Shown: positions 1 to 12,548, counted from the first letter of the whole stretch. The stretch is 63,915 nt of DNA, filler included, from Chiloscyllium plagiosum (GCF_004010195.1; 6 parts of one record of this genome joined end to end with filler, not necessarily neighbours in it); one strand, 5' to 3'. The notes: generated by a model from the letters alone, not told the origin. Made by a program: numbers and translations.

Positions 1-391
1 AGACTGAGGGGTGACCTTATAGAGGTTTACAAAATTATGAGGGGCTTGGATAGGATAAATAGGCAAAGTCTTTTCCCTGAGGTTGGGGAGTTCAGAACTA
101 GAGGGCATAGGTTTAGGATGAGAGGGGAAAGACATAAAAGAGACATAAGGGGCAACTTTTCACGCAGAGGGTGGTACGTGTATGGAATGAGCTGCTAGAG
201 GATGTGGTGGAGGCTGGTACAATTGCAACATTTAAGAGGCATTTGGATGGGTATATGAATAGAAAGGGTTTGGAGGGATATGGGCCGGGTGCTGGCAGGT
301 GCGACTCGATTGAGTTGGGATATCTGGTCGGCATGGACAGGTTGGACCGAAGTGTCTGTTTCCATGCTGTACATCTCTATGACTCTATGAC
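1..391 (+). mobile_element. CR1 (HER1-type) LINE 3' end
   Basis: LRGDLIEVYKIMRG...RTRGH and VVRVWNEL motifs, ending in a ctctatga repeat tail. Confidence 0.9.
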
Positions 392-2089
392 TTTAATTCA
401 ACATAAAGAGAGAGAAAGTTGATTGAATTAAGAAAGACACTGATTAGAGACTGAAAGAAAATGTAAGGAATAGACTTTGCACATTAAATTCAATTGTTTT
501 TCAGACTTGAATCTTCTGTTCTCAGCTGAGTTCACTCTTTCTGGCCCAGATCAGACAAATAGTTATCTGCTTAGCTCTCCAGGAGTTTTCTGTCTGGATT
601 TCTCAGGCACAACTCTTCAAACAGAAGCTTCCCAGTAAATCATACAGATAGCAACATTGTGGAGCTTTGCAGAAATCACACTCTCTTTTCATTATTCTCA
701 GGCTTATTATTTAATTATTTGCTTGCAGAAGACCTTCAGATTATCATTAGTATGGGTGGGCTTTTATCATTTATTGAATTGTAACTTCTTCAAACATTTA
801 CCAACTACTTTTTCAGGTCACGAGGCACTTAAGGTATTTTTAAATGCAAATTGTACTAAATTATTGCTAACTGGCCTCTGACAAATCTAATTGTTGAAAT
901 TTTCACCTTCTATAATTGAAGAAGACAAGGAAGAATGAATCAGTTAAATGTTGAAGTTTGAACCATTTAATTTATAACTGCAATACTGTTAATTAATACC
1001 ATCCTGTAAATGAATGTATTCTGCAAGTCTGGTACATAATTTGTTTTGAAAGCATTTGATTTTCAAGTGGAAGGTGCAAATTGCATTATTTTGCAGATTG
1101 TAAATCGTTTGGCTAAATATGCTGCTGTTAATGAACCTACACATTTCCTATTGCATGCTGCTAGAACATAGAACACAATGGTTGGACTCAACAGACAGTT
1201 AATCATCTAGAAAATCTGTTTGTTAAATGTCAGAGAATTCTCTTGTAATGCATTTTGTAACAAATATCAGATTGAATTTGCAGTGAAGTGTCTACTTATA
1301 ATCAGTCACATTCATTAAAATTCAGAGTACAATTCAATGCTTGATGGAGTGGAAATCTGTAAATTTAAGAGTAACTGTGTTACAAAATGTTGAAATATTG
1401 ATATTTGCAATGGTATTTTTCCTACCTTCAATGTTTTTTAAAATGGAAAGTTTACATTATTGTTCCTGAATTTATTTCACAGCAGAACAGGCCAATAAGA
1501 TATTTAATCATCTTCGAACAAAAATAATCTACACCATTATAAAAGATGTTTAACGGAGACCAAAAGTCAAAACATTATTTTTGTACATATCAGAACCAGA
1601 ACACTGGAAACAGACTTGAAGAGGAGAGACACCAAGTTTGTTTCTTGCATCTGAGTCCTGATTCATGCAAGAGGAAAAGCTTCAAATGCTTGTCTCCTCT
1701 TAGCAAAGTTTCTGTTCTGTACGACACAGCAGTATTTATCAATTAAGACTTGATAACATTTGCTCAAAACAGAAACACCATTTGAAATGTTTGAATTAAT
1801 TTGCTTTAATGATTCTTGCTGGTTTAGTGAGTGATATCTTTAAAAAAAGGAATTGAAGGAATTGATTTCTCCTCATGACCAGGGAGAACTGCATTGGTAG
1901 TTATACAACTGCAGCTTGTCATAATAATGCAAGGTCACTTTCAAAATAGAAGCTATTAAAACATATTACATGAAATTTGGTGTCCAGCTGAAAATGATGG
2001 GCTTTTGAAACTATTGTAAGAAGCATAAGGAACAATTAGAACAGCAGTCTGTACCTTGGAATAACAGTGAGAGTCAAGATGGCGATGAG

Positions 2090-3290
2090 TTTTCCTTGGT
2101 GTTCTCAGAATAAAAGGCAACATTGGACAGAATAGTCATTATTTTTAATCTTACTGGCAAAACTACAATGCAGATACATAATTGAATAAGAAGCTCAAAC
2201 AACTAAGAGTGATAACTTTCTCACCAATGCTGTGGAAAGAATGTTACAAGTCATGTTGCACCCTACATCTCACAGAGCTGCAAAACAGCCAGATTGGAGA
2301 AAATTTGCAAGCTTTGAACACAGTTTGTACCTTCTGTTAAGGTTACCTGAAAACAATATCTGTTCAACATCAGGGCCCAGAGAAAGAAGGAGAATGTTGA
2401 TCAATATATGATGGCACTGATGTTTGTGATTTTGGACAACTGAATAGTGATGTCATCAAAAATAGAATTGCATCATGAAATCACAACTGTTGAAACAGAT
2501 AAACTCTTGAGGAAGCTGCTGAAATGTGCAGAAGCTCAGAGGTTGTCAACATTAGCTGAAGACCTTTAGTAGGAGAACAATGAGGTTTTGCATGATTCTG
2601 CAAGAGACTAGAGACTGAACAAGTCCCTGATTTACTTATGTCCAACATATGAATATTCATATTAAGAACACAATCTCATACAGGGCGTAATGTTAAAAAC
2701 CCTACTAATGAATGGCTGATTTATATTGTCCTGCATTTGACTTGCATACAAATTGATTTACAAACAGATTCAGGAACATAACCCTTAAACAACCGAGATT
2801 ACAACCTGGATTTGGATAAGGAAGATTTATTTGTAGAAGGCCCAACAAAAAGCTAAAGGCCAGAGTGTAGGATGTAAATATTGTGGAAGACATCACACCA
2901 AATAAAGGAAATAATTCCAATGTGAGGAAAGCACTTCTGTCTTTGCAAGAAGCTGAATCAATATACATGAACATGTTTATCTAGAAGGAAGAAAAATAAG
3001 CCTGGAAAGTTAGAGAGATGTCAGATGATGATTCTGTTGGAGAAACGTATATTGGAGAACAGGTTGATATCATTAGGTCTAAGTTGTGATAAATGATTTG
3101 TGACTGTTAGAGTGATCAATGCAGGAAAAGAATGTAAAGTGAAGTGCAAAATAGATACAGATGCTTTATTTAACATCATGACCTTTGAAGACTCTGTGAA
3201 ATAGCTTAAGATAGTGACCCAAAATAAAGTCCTTGAGGTAAAGTTAAGGCTACATCATGGAACAATATCAATCCCAAGAGGACAAGTGGA
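2090..3290 (+). mobile_element. Decayed Ty3/Gypsy LTR retrotransposon, gag and protease remnants
   Basis: Piecewise translation YLFNIRAQ...ENVDQYMMAL...CDFGQLNSDVIKNRI (about 2357-2470) matches Gypsy gag. VKCKIDTDALFNIM (3139-3180) matches the aspartic protease DTGA motif. Confidence 0.6.
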
Positions 3291-3294
3291 CAAA

Positions 3295-4075
3295 CATCTG
3301 GCGAGTGAATAACAAAGTGGCAAGAATGTGAAATTGTGTATTTTGGCAGGAAGTGTGTAAAGAAGCATATTGTCTTAATGGTGAGAGATTGTAAAGTTCT
3401 GAGTTGCAAAGATATCTGGGTGTTCTAGTGCATCCATCACAAATACGTTAGCATGATGGTACAGCAAGTGATGAGTGTTTAAAAAAATGTTATCATTTAC
3501 TGTGAGACGAATTTAGTGTAAAAGGAGGGAGCTTATGCTTTGGCGAGACTGTATCTGGAGTGCTGTTGGTCTCCTGATTTTAAGAATGATTTTCAGTATG
3601 TTGGAATCTAATTAGAAAATGTTCTCTGGGCTAATATCAAGAATATAGAAGTTGTCTTAAGAGAAAAGGTTGGGCAGATTAGGCTTCCATCTCCTCGAGT
3701 TCCAAGAAATGTCGGGGGACTTGTTTGAAACGTAAAAGATCCTGAGGAGGATTGACAGGGTGTATTTAGAAAGGATAATTCCTCTTCTAGTAGAATTTAG
3801 AACTAAGTGGCAATATTTAAAAAAAACAAAGAGTCACCCATTTAGGACAGATTTCTCAGAGGCTAGTGAGTCTTTGAAACTCTACTTCTCCAAGGACAGT
3901 GCAAGCTGAGTCTTTGAATATTTTTAAGGCAGACTTAAATTCCTGATGAGCAGGGAGTTGAAACATTATTGGTGCAGTCAGGAATGTAGGGCAATCAGAT
4001 CTTCCACAAGCTCATTGAAAAGCTGAGCAGGGAATTAGGCATATTTCTATTTCTAATGTTTATGTTCATATGTTC
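3295..4075 (+). mobile_element. Old CR1 LINE 3' fragment
   Basis: Degenerate RT C-terminal/3' motifs, e.g. tggcaagaatgtgaaattgtgtattttggcagg and ggggacttgtttgaaacgtaaaagatcctgagg. Confidence 0.7.
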
Positions 4076-4214
4076 TTAAATGAGGCTGAGTGCGATGCAG
4101 TGGCAAAATGAAGATTTGCATTTGCAGATAATAAGCATAGGCGATAGTCTACTGAATTCAAATGAGGCAAGTCTAAAGCTTGGATTAGAAAACTAGAACA
4201 AATTGATTTTTCTC

Positions 4215-6320
4215 TTTTTATGCATACATAGGAGTTGGACATTGCTGGCTCGCAAAGATTTATTGCCCATCTCTAGTGTCCTTCAGAAGTTGATGAGCTG
4301 CCTTCTTGAGCTACTGCTGTCATTTGGTGTAGATAGACCCACAATGCTATTAAAGAGAGAGATCCAGGGTTTTGACCAAGCAACACTGAAGGAACAATAG
4401 TATATTTCCAATTCAGGTTGATGGCAATCTTGCTGGTGGTATTTTCCCAGGTCCTTCGAGATGGTAGTTCTTGTGGGTTTGAAATAACATTGGTGAGTTT
4501 CTGTAGCACAACCTGCAGCTGGTACACAATGCTGCTACCGAGCATTAGTGGTTGAAGTGATGGGTGTTTATGCATGTTGTGCCATTAAAGTGAGCTACAT
4601 TGTCCTGGATAGTGTCAAGCTTCTTGGGTTTTGCTGGAGCTGCACTCATCCTGGAAAGTGGAGGTATTTCCACCTCATTCCTGACTTGTGCCTTATGAAT
4701 GGTCACAAGGCCTGAGGAGTCAAAATGTGAGTTTATCACTGCAGGATTCTTTTATATTAGATTAGATTTGATTTGATTTATTTATTGTATATTGTTACAA
4801 AATACAGTGAAAAGTGTTATGTAGTGTTGCCACGACCTGGCGCCATCTTGAAACATAGTAAAATAAGCCAAAAAGTAGAATATGAAGGCAGAAAGGTAAA
4901 AAAATGAAGGAGTGCTCAATTTTACCATCCTTCCTGTAATGGGCCATGGTGACCAGGCATGAGTTCCCTTCATTGAGTGATCACTGCAGGAATGAATGTC
5001 GCCACTCTTTAGTGCCATCTCACCTCCACCGACGCCCTCTTCACTATAAGTTCTCATGGGGACCTTGCCAATGCAGATGCTACCAATATCATTGGGTATT
5101 CAATTGGCTCAAACTTGACTTTACCGCTGCTGTGAATCTGCTTCAGGCCCATCTCGCTGATGCAGTTCCTGCCGATGTCACCTGGTCTCGTTCTGGGCCT
5201 GAACTGCCTCCGCCACCACCTGCATGAATCCGCGCTCGCTGGACACAGGTGCTGCCGTGGACCCAAACTTGATTCTGCTGCAGCAGCTATGAGTTGGTGC
5301 TAGCATCGCCTCATCAATACAGAACGTGCTGGGAACCCAAATTCACCTCCAATATCACTGCCACGAAGCCGTGCTGGCCTCACTTGCCACCGCAGATACT
5401 GTAACTAGGACGGAGCTCTTCGACAAGAGGTAAGTAAAAAAAGAGAAAAGAGGGAGAGAGAAAGAAAACAAACCAAAAGAAAAACGGATGGAGCAGGTGA
5501 CCCCGTGCTCTGAAGCCCTACTCCACCATCAGCTTACTGGATGTTTTCAGATGATTCTGCTATTGTAGCCAAAATAGTTCTATAGCTGGTTCAGATCAGA
5601 TTCTGGTCAATGCTAACCCCAAGAATAGTGAGGGATTCAGCAATGATAATGTCATTGAATGTCAATGAGCAATGGTTAGATTCTCTCTTGTTGGTGATGG
5701 TCACATGGCCAATGCTTACGTGTCCTGAATGTTACTTGGCATTTGTAAGCCAAAGCCTGGATTTTGTCCAGATCTTGTTACATTCAAACAGTAAATGGTC
5801 CAGTTTCTGAGGAGTCAAAAATAGTGCTAAACACTGTACAATTATTGGCAAACACCTACACTTTTGACCTTATGATAGAGGGAAGGTCATTGATGAAGCA
5901 GCTGAAGATAATTGGAGCTCAGACACTACCCTGAGGAACTCCTGCAGAGCTGTCTTGAAAGTAAGGTGACTAAGCTCCAGCAACCACCACCACCTACCTT
6001 CCTTTATGCTAGCTAGGTATTCTTCCTATTAGTTCTAGTTTTCAAATGTTCCTAGAGCTACACGTAGTCAAATGTGACCTTGATTTCAAGGGCCTTACCT
6101 CATCTCATTCTGGAATTCAGCTTTGTCCACATTTGAATCAAGGCTGTAATGAGATCAGCAGCTAAATGGAGGGAAAACCCATCTGGGCATCAGTGAGTAA
6201 GTTGGTGCTGAGCTTGTGCTGCTTGATAGCAATGTTGATGATTCTTTCTATCATATTACTAATGATCATGAATAGACTGATGGTGTGTTAATCAGCTGGG
6301 TTAGATTCGTCCTGCCTTGA
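4215..6320 (-). mobile_element. CR1/L2-group LINE of a second family, interrupted at about 4750-5535
   Basis: Homologous to 54470-55880 and 59545-60560, where DIKAAFDRVWHQ and QTWADKWQVKF RT motifs translate. Confidence 0.75.
4755..5532 (-). mobile_element. Non-autonomous retroposon with Rex1/Babar-like 3' end and a pentanucleotide microsatellite tail
   Basis: (attag/atttg)n then tttattgt...tacagtgaaaag at the left end, GC-rich body, and a pyrimidine-rich 5'-UTR-like right end on the minus strand. It interrupts the flanking LINE. Confidence 0.45.
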
Positions 6321-6329
6321 ATGTATTTA

Positions 6330-6975
6330 AGAACATGAGAAATAGTAGCAGAGACTAAGCCATTTACCCCGCAGGTTTGCCTCACATTCAACATCAATTC
6401 TGATCTACCCTACGTATCAACTCCTCAGTTGTGCTAGCTCATCTTAGCCTTTAATTCCCTGATATTTCAAAAATCTATCTACTTCCCCTTTAAATAACTT
6501 TCACTGATCTGGCCTCCACAACTCACCGAGGTAGATAATTCTAGACTTTCACTATCCTCTCCATTGAAGAAAATCCTTTACATCTCAGTTGAAAATGAGT
6601 GTCTCCTAATTCTTTAACTTTTCCTGGTTCAAGTTCCTCCCACTAGCGAGAATATTTTCTCAACATCTTCTCTGTCAAGCCCCCTCAGAATCTCTATGTT
6701 CAATAGGATCACCCCTCATTCTTTAAAACTTGAATGAATAAAGGCTAAATCTTATAGGTCAACCCTTTCATCTTAGAATCAGCCTACTGAATCTTTTTTG
6801 AATACTGATACTAATTTTCAATACTAATATACCTTTTCTTAAAAATGGGAACCAAAACTGTACACAGTACTTCAGGTGCAGTCTTACAATTCAGGTGTAT
6901 GATTGTAACAAGAATACCTTAATTTTAAACTCCAAACCCTAGCAAGAAAGACCATTTGCCTTCCTAATTACTTGC
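6330..6975 (-). mobile_element. Old CR1 LINE 3' fragment
   Basis: aagaacatgagaaatag tail, gtcaagccccctcagaatc and gaaccaaaactgtacacagtacttcagg (reverse of LEYCVQFW). Confidence 0.75.
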
Positions 6976-7014
6976 TACACCAATTTAAAAACATAATCAG
7001 ACAAAACAGGGCAG

Positions 7015-7832
7015 CACTTATACACTTATTGGTAAGGAACTGGGGAGTATTGCAGAACAAAGAAACCTGGGAGTGCAGCTTCACAGCTCCTTGAAAGTGG
7101 AATTGTAGGTAGATAAGATAGTGAAGAAGGCATTTGGTATGCTTGCCTTTATTGGTCAATGTGTAGGAATTGGGAGGTCATATTGCGGCTGGAGAGGACA
7201 TTGGTAAGGCCACTTTTGAAATACTGTATGCAATTCTAGTCTCCCTGCTATATGAAGGATGTTGTGAAACTTGAAAGGTTTCAAAAAAGATTTACAGGGA
7301 TGTTGCTAGGGTTGGAGCATTTGAGGTATACGGAGAGGCTGAATAAACTGGAGCTATTTTCCTTGGAGTGTCAGAGACTGAGGGGAGACCTTGTAGAGGT
7401 TATTAAAATCATGAGGGGCATAGATAGGATAGGAGAAAGTGAGGACTGCAGATGCTGGAGATCAGAGCAGAGATCCAGCAACACATTTTCAGCATGGATA
7501 GGCTAAACAGACAAGGTCTTTCCCCAGGTTGTGAGATTCCAAAACTTGAGGGCTAAGGTTTAAGGTGAGAGTGGAAAGATTTAAAAACTTAAAGGGCAAC
7601 TTTTTCCCACAGAGCATGGTGCATGTATGGAATGAATTGCCAGAGGAAGTGCTGTAGACTGATACAATAGCAATATTTAAAAGGCATCTGGATGGGCACA
7701 TGAATAGAAAGGGTCTAGAGCGATATGGGCCAACTGCTGGCAAATGGGACATGATTTATTTGGGATATCTGGTTAGCATGGACAAGTTGGACCAAAGGGT
7801 CTGGTTATGTGCAGTTTATCTCTGTGACTCTG
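7015..7832 (+). mobile_element. CR1 (HER1-type) LINE 3' portion
   Basis: ORF 7252-7506 LERFQKRFTGML...ERLNKLELFSLE..RLRGDL, plus the CR1 3' tail. Confidence 0.9.
7429..7491. mobile_element. Very short Penelope-like family B insertion inside a CR1
   Basis: aaagtgaggactgcagatgctggagatcagag followed by an inverted ccagcaacacattttcagc, flanked by gcatagatagg / gcatggatagg duplication of CR1 sequence. Confidence 0.6.
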
Positions 7833-7909
7833 AAATCAAAACTTGCCACCTGCTATGGTAGGATTTGAACTCTGGATTACTCATCCAACAACAACACCAA
7901 TGTGCATTT

Positions 7910-8600
7910 TAGAGGCCACTAAGATATTGGCTGATAAACAGATTTATACACTACAAGCATGTTTTTGCAGGATTTGGGTATCTTCCTGGTAAATATCTTC
8001 TTGAAGTAGATGTGATTTTTAGACCAATATCTATTGCAGATGCCCTCAAATCCAGCTTGAAAAGACAAGATAGAGAAACTCGAGGACCCAGGAAGTCAGA
8101 TAGAATGGAAGGAAAAAAAGAAGAGCAATAATTAGCTTTTTTGAAACTGCTAGCTCTTTTTTGATAAGAAACTGCACGTGGAAGAGACAGTCATCACAAA
8201 ACAACAGAAGAAAAAGCATGATTAAAAATATGAACAAATGCAGTTGAAGATGTCTGAAATCAACTGCATAGATCATGTAACAACAGTGGAAGAATTTTAT
8301 CTGGATCCTGGAGAGATAAGAGCTATAACAAATCTGCAGTGATTAACTGATATGAAAGTGGTGCATTGATACTACCAAGTTAAGTTGTCCACTAATTTGT
8401 CATCAGATTATGAACATCAACACAAACTCACTGCTAATGATGCGCTGGGCGTGAAACAATGAGCTGCAATCATTCAAAACAAACAATGAGCAACACCAGC
8501 TTGACATGGTTTGGAAGCCATCAATCTAGTCAAGTAATTGCATCTGAAAGACATGTCTCTTGCTCAAATCAAGCACTTGCCATAAGAATAACACTGTCCA
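7910..8600 (+). mobile_element. Continuation of the decayed Gypsy element (pol remnants)
   Basis: YKHVFAGFGYLPGKYLLEVD from 7952 matches the pre-RT FxGLGxLPG segment. Weaker pre-integrase-like remnants at about 8420-8550. Confidence 0.5.
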
Positions 8601-8749
8601 GAGATAGAATATCATCTTAGGAATGTAGTGGATATCAAATAAACTGTTAATATCAACTCTCACCCAGAAAATTTAAAAAAACTGAATGTTTTAGACATTA
8701 TGAATAAAATTGGAGTAATAAATTGGAATAGACTAGAATTGTCACTGTT

Positions 8750-8942
8750 CTGAGGACTGCAGATGCTGGAGATTAGACTCGAGAGTGTGGTGCTGGAAAA
8801 ACACAGCAGGTTAGGCAGCATGCGAGGAGCAGGAAAATCGACAATTCAGGCAGAAGGGCTTTTGCACAAAACATCAATTTTCCTTCTCCTCAGATACTGC
8901 CTGACCTGCTGTGCTTTTCCAGCACCACATTCTCAACACGTA
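8750..8942. mobile_element. Penelope-like inverted-repeat element, family B, with 8-bp TSD
   Basis: Tail tgaggactgcagatgctggag followed by inverted arms (gtggtgctggaaaa...cagcagg / cctgctgtgcttttccagcaccac). TSD tcactgtt at 8742-8749 and 8943-8950. Confidence 0.7.
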
Positions 8943-10750
8943 TCACTGTTTTGCTCATGAATGATAATTTTCTTTGTTGAGCATGGATCTTGATAACTTA
9001 TAACTGCAATTGATAATCAATGGAATTTTTTCAGCGAAAGGAAGGATGTTTGAAAATATGTATTTTTATACTGTACAGTTCTGGCTTGCTATCATCATGT
9101 TATCTATGCTAGAAGTAGCAGCCATTAAACAGTATTGCTTGAAACACTAATGAATATATAAAACTGACAGGCAGGAAAAGACCAATTGGTGTATTGAGTA
9201 CGCCCCACATCATCGTGCCTGAAGCACTGTCTCTAAGCCATTCGTCTTTGCTCACCCTCAGCAGTCCTCCTCACTCCTCCATCCTCTCCTCCTTTGCTTG
9301 AATTCCTGGGTGTGGCAGTGAAAGAGAGGGGCTGGTAAGGGAAATAATATTGGAAAAAATCCACTTTAACTCTCTCAGTAATCAAAATCAATTCAAGGGG
9401 TTACATGGGATAAGTGTTATCTATAAATGTATTTTGATATTGGTGACCTCTGCTCATTCGGGAACTGATCCAAACATAATTTAAGCTTGTACTTTTAACC
9501 TCGCCAAAGTGTTAAATTGAATTATCTATCAATAAGCCTACTATCAAACCCTTCAGTTATTTGTTAGACCTCTTTATCAGGTCATCTTTAACTCCATGCT
9601 GCTCTCCAGTAAACAGACTAAAGCCCTCTAGCCAATCTGAGTAGCTGGGGCTTATTTTAAATCTGGAAATCATTGCTTGCAGCTTGTATCTGGACCTTTT
9701 CCAAGGTTACTAACATAATCTCCTGCGTGAGGTTAATAAGAGAGACAATAGGACAACAATATTTTTTGACAAAGTCCACTTCAAAACCATCAGGCAATTG
9801 AAGTCACTCCAGGAGTTTACATGGAATAAGTGTCATCACTGGGACAATTAAATTGGCCAATTGTTTCACCATTTTCAAGAAAGAAAATCAGTCATACTAT
9901 TCTATATGCAACTTCCCTATTATAATTTTGTGGAGCTATTTTCTCATATTTTGTTTTGAATGATACTGTGAAACATTATGGTTTGTTTCAATGCAAAAAT
10001 GAAGTGGATGGTGGTTTTATCCCTGGAGTAGTGACTCAAAGGCCCAGTTCAATACTTTGGAGACAGATGGCAGCTGGCAGAATTTTAATTCTTTAAATAC
10101 ACTTAAAATAAAAAAGTTAGTCTCAGTAATAGTGACAATGAAAATATAATTGATTTACTAAGAAGGGAAAGCTCTAATCCTTCCTTGGTCCAATTTACAT
10201 TTGACTCCAAACCAATCATAATAAGATTTACTTTGAATTGCTCTCTGAAATGGACAATTTGGCCTTACCAATGTTGTTGACATCTCATGACAGAACAAAA
10301 CAAAATGTGCTATATGCATACAAGGTTTTGAGGTTTTCAGAAAAAACAAACTGATACTTATTGCATCAGATTGTGGCAATTATCTACAGCCACTCCTTCT
10401 TACAGGAGTGGGGGACTATGCATTAACAGTTGAAAGTGATCATCATCCTCAACTATTTTGCCTATAGGGTTCTCCTATAGGCACACAGCAGTTCTACATC
10501 CAAGATCACTCTGTCAACTCCACGTGAATGTGTAAAACAGGCACTGGTTAACCTTTTGCCAAAGTTGGTAATTGTGTCAGTTTCATTTGTAATTACACTG
10601 GTCAGAATGCAAAGATACTCAAGTTAACAGTTCTTAGTGGCTTCACATAGATCCAGAATGCTATCAATTGCACACGTGGCTATCTATGCATGTCCAAATT
10701 TACTAAGAGTATTTGTTAATCACAAGAGATTACATTCGATTAATGTTCAT

Positions 10751-10895
10751 GATTCGGAGATGCTGGTGTTGGACTGGGGTGTACAAAGATAAAAATCACA
10801 CAACACCAGGTTATAGTCCAACAGGTTTAATTGGAAGCACACTAGCTTTCGGAGCAACGCTCCTTCATCAGGTGACAATCACCTGATGAAGGAGC
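10751..10895. mobile_element. Penelope-like inverted pseudo-LTR element, family A; second arm truncated by L1
   Basis: Same sequence family as 21721-21921 and 39598-39832. The inversion junction is at about 10876 (tccttcatcaggtga caa tcacctgatgaagga). Confidence 0.7.
10838..10875 (-). ncRNA. Minimal type I hammerhead ribozyme motif (Penelope-associated), core intact
   Basis: Minus strand reads CAC-CUGAUGA-A-GGAGC(GUU)GCUCC-GAAA-GC-UA-GUG. It has the full CUGANGA/GAAA/UH core, a 5-bp stem II, a 3-bp stem I (CAC/GUG) and a palindromic AGCU in place of stem III. Confidence 0.7.
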
Positions 10896-12448
10896 ATCGG
10901 ACTTACCTACAGTGACAAGCCTTGTGGAGATGATCTCCAAGCTGGATACGAAGATCGACGCTTTCAGCGAGGAGTCCCGAAATCGATGGGACTCACTCTC
11001 GGCCGCGCTGCAGAAGCACGACCGAGACATCCAGGAAATCGAGCGCCGAGTCGGAGGGGCGGAGTTAAAGGCCACGACCTCCGAAACTGCAGCTCAATCG
11101 GCTGTGGATTGGGTCCGGACTCTCGAACAGCGAGACCGGACCTTAGAGAATTACATTGACGACCTCGATAATCGAGGTCGTCGAAAAAATATTCGTTTGC
11201 TGGGCCTTCCCGAANNNNNNNNNNNNNNNNNNNNNNNNNNNNNNNNNNNNNNNNNNNNNCTTGGAAAATCATATTGACGACCTCGATAATCGAGGTCGCC
11301 GAAAAAATATTTGTTTGGTGGGCCTTCCCGAACGGGAAGAGGAAGGCCAGCATTCCTGTAGCAGTGGCTGCCACAGCTTTTAAATCTGCAAGCTGGATCA
11401 GGCCAGGTAAGGGTGGAATGGGCCTACCGGGTCGCAATACACGGGCCCGGCTCGAACCAGTGTCCATGCCCGGTCCTGTTCCGGCTGCAGAGCTATAGGG
11501 AGAGGCAGATACTCCGAGAAGCCTCCAGAAATCTTGGAAAAGACCCCCAAGCGATGATCTAAAAGGATCCAAGATCATGCTATTTCAGGACTTTTCCCCG
11601 ACTCTCATTCGAAAGAGGAAGGCATTCGACGAGGCGAAGAAGCGTTTAAGGGACTTAAATATTCAGTACTCCTTACGCTACCCAGCGACGTTACGCTTTA
11701 ACCATGAAGGATCCGTGTATATAAGTTTGGATCACCAGAAAAGGCTAAGGAATTCTTGGACTCTCTTAGATAAACTGTAAGACATAATGGATGTTAGTTT
11801 GCCTTTCCCCCCACTTTGGTTTATATCCCCCCTTTTTTTTTCTCTTACCTTACTGTTTAATATTATCATGGGGGGTGGGGAGAGGGATTTGATTTTCTAC
11901 CGCCCATTGGGGTTGTTTTCTGTTATTATTTTATGTANNNNNNNNNNNNNNNNNNNNNNNNNNNNNNNNNNNNNNNNNNNNNNNNNNNNNNNNNNNNNNN
12001 NNNNNNNNNNNNNNNNNNNNNNNNNNNNNNNNNNNNNNNNNNNNCCTCCTGGACTTTCAAATTGGCACAGATTAATTATGGAATGTATTCCCCTTGACTT
12101 CCTTACAAATATGGTGCACCGAAAGACCGAATTATTTTATAAAATATGGCAGCCCTTCTTGAATTACATAAATACAGATATCTCGGCTATCCTAACAAGG
12201 GCTTTTATTTAATTGAGATTGCAAACCTGGCTGGTCCGGGGCTCCTTAGGAGAGGAATCCCGCACGAATATGGGTTTTATTACATCTGATGTTAACACAT
12301 TCCGAGCATGTAAGAGACTTAAATATACACTCTGGTTAGTTATAGGTTAGATTAGTAGATAGTTGAGTTTTTTTTTCTTTTTCGGGTTTTTTTTTTCTTT
12401 CTTCTTTTGTTAAATTTTGGCTATTGTATATTTGATTTAATTGTATAT
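10896..12448 (+). mobile_element. L1-clade LINE: ORF1 (frameshifted), ORF2 C-terminus and 3' UTR, interior lost in gaps
   Basis: Coiled coil followed by DDLDNRGRRKNIRLLGLPE and FQDFSPTLIRKRKAFDEAKKRLRDLNIQYSLRYPATLRF (L1 ORF1p RRM/CTD motifs). PPGLSNWHRLIMECIPLD...FYKIWQPFLNYI at 12045-12212 is a typical fish L1 ORF2 end. CpG-rich, so probably young. Confidence 0.88.
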
Positions 12449-12548
12449 NNNNNNNNNNNNNNNNNNNNNNNNNNNNNNNNNNNNNNNNNNNNTTAATTAA
12501 TTAANNNNNNNNNNNNNNNNNNNNNNNNNNNNNNNNNNNNNNNNNNNN
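12449..12548. other. Artificial scaffold spacer: 44 N + TTAATTAATTAA + 44 N (also at 25869-25968, 31806-31905, 53658-53757, 61114-61213)
   Basis: Identical 100-nt layout five times; the 12-mer gives stop codons in all six frames. Confidence 0.95.

Noticed and set aside
11144..11332. Tandem duplication of the L1 ORF1 DDLDNRGRRKN segment
   Set aside because: The two copies flank an N gap and differ slightly, which is typical of overlapping contig ends from different repeat copies.
12493..12504. TTAATTAATTAA as a regulatory or piggyBac-type repeat
   Set aside because: Always centred in exactly 100-nt gaps, so it is a synthetic linker.
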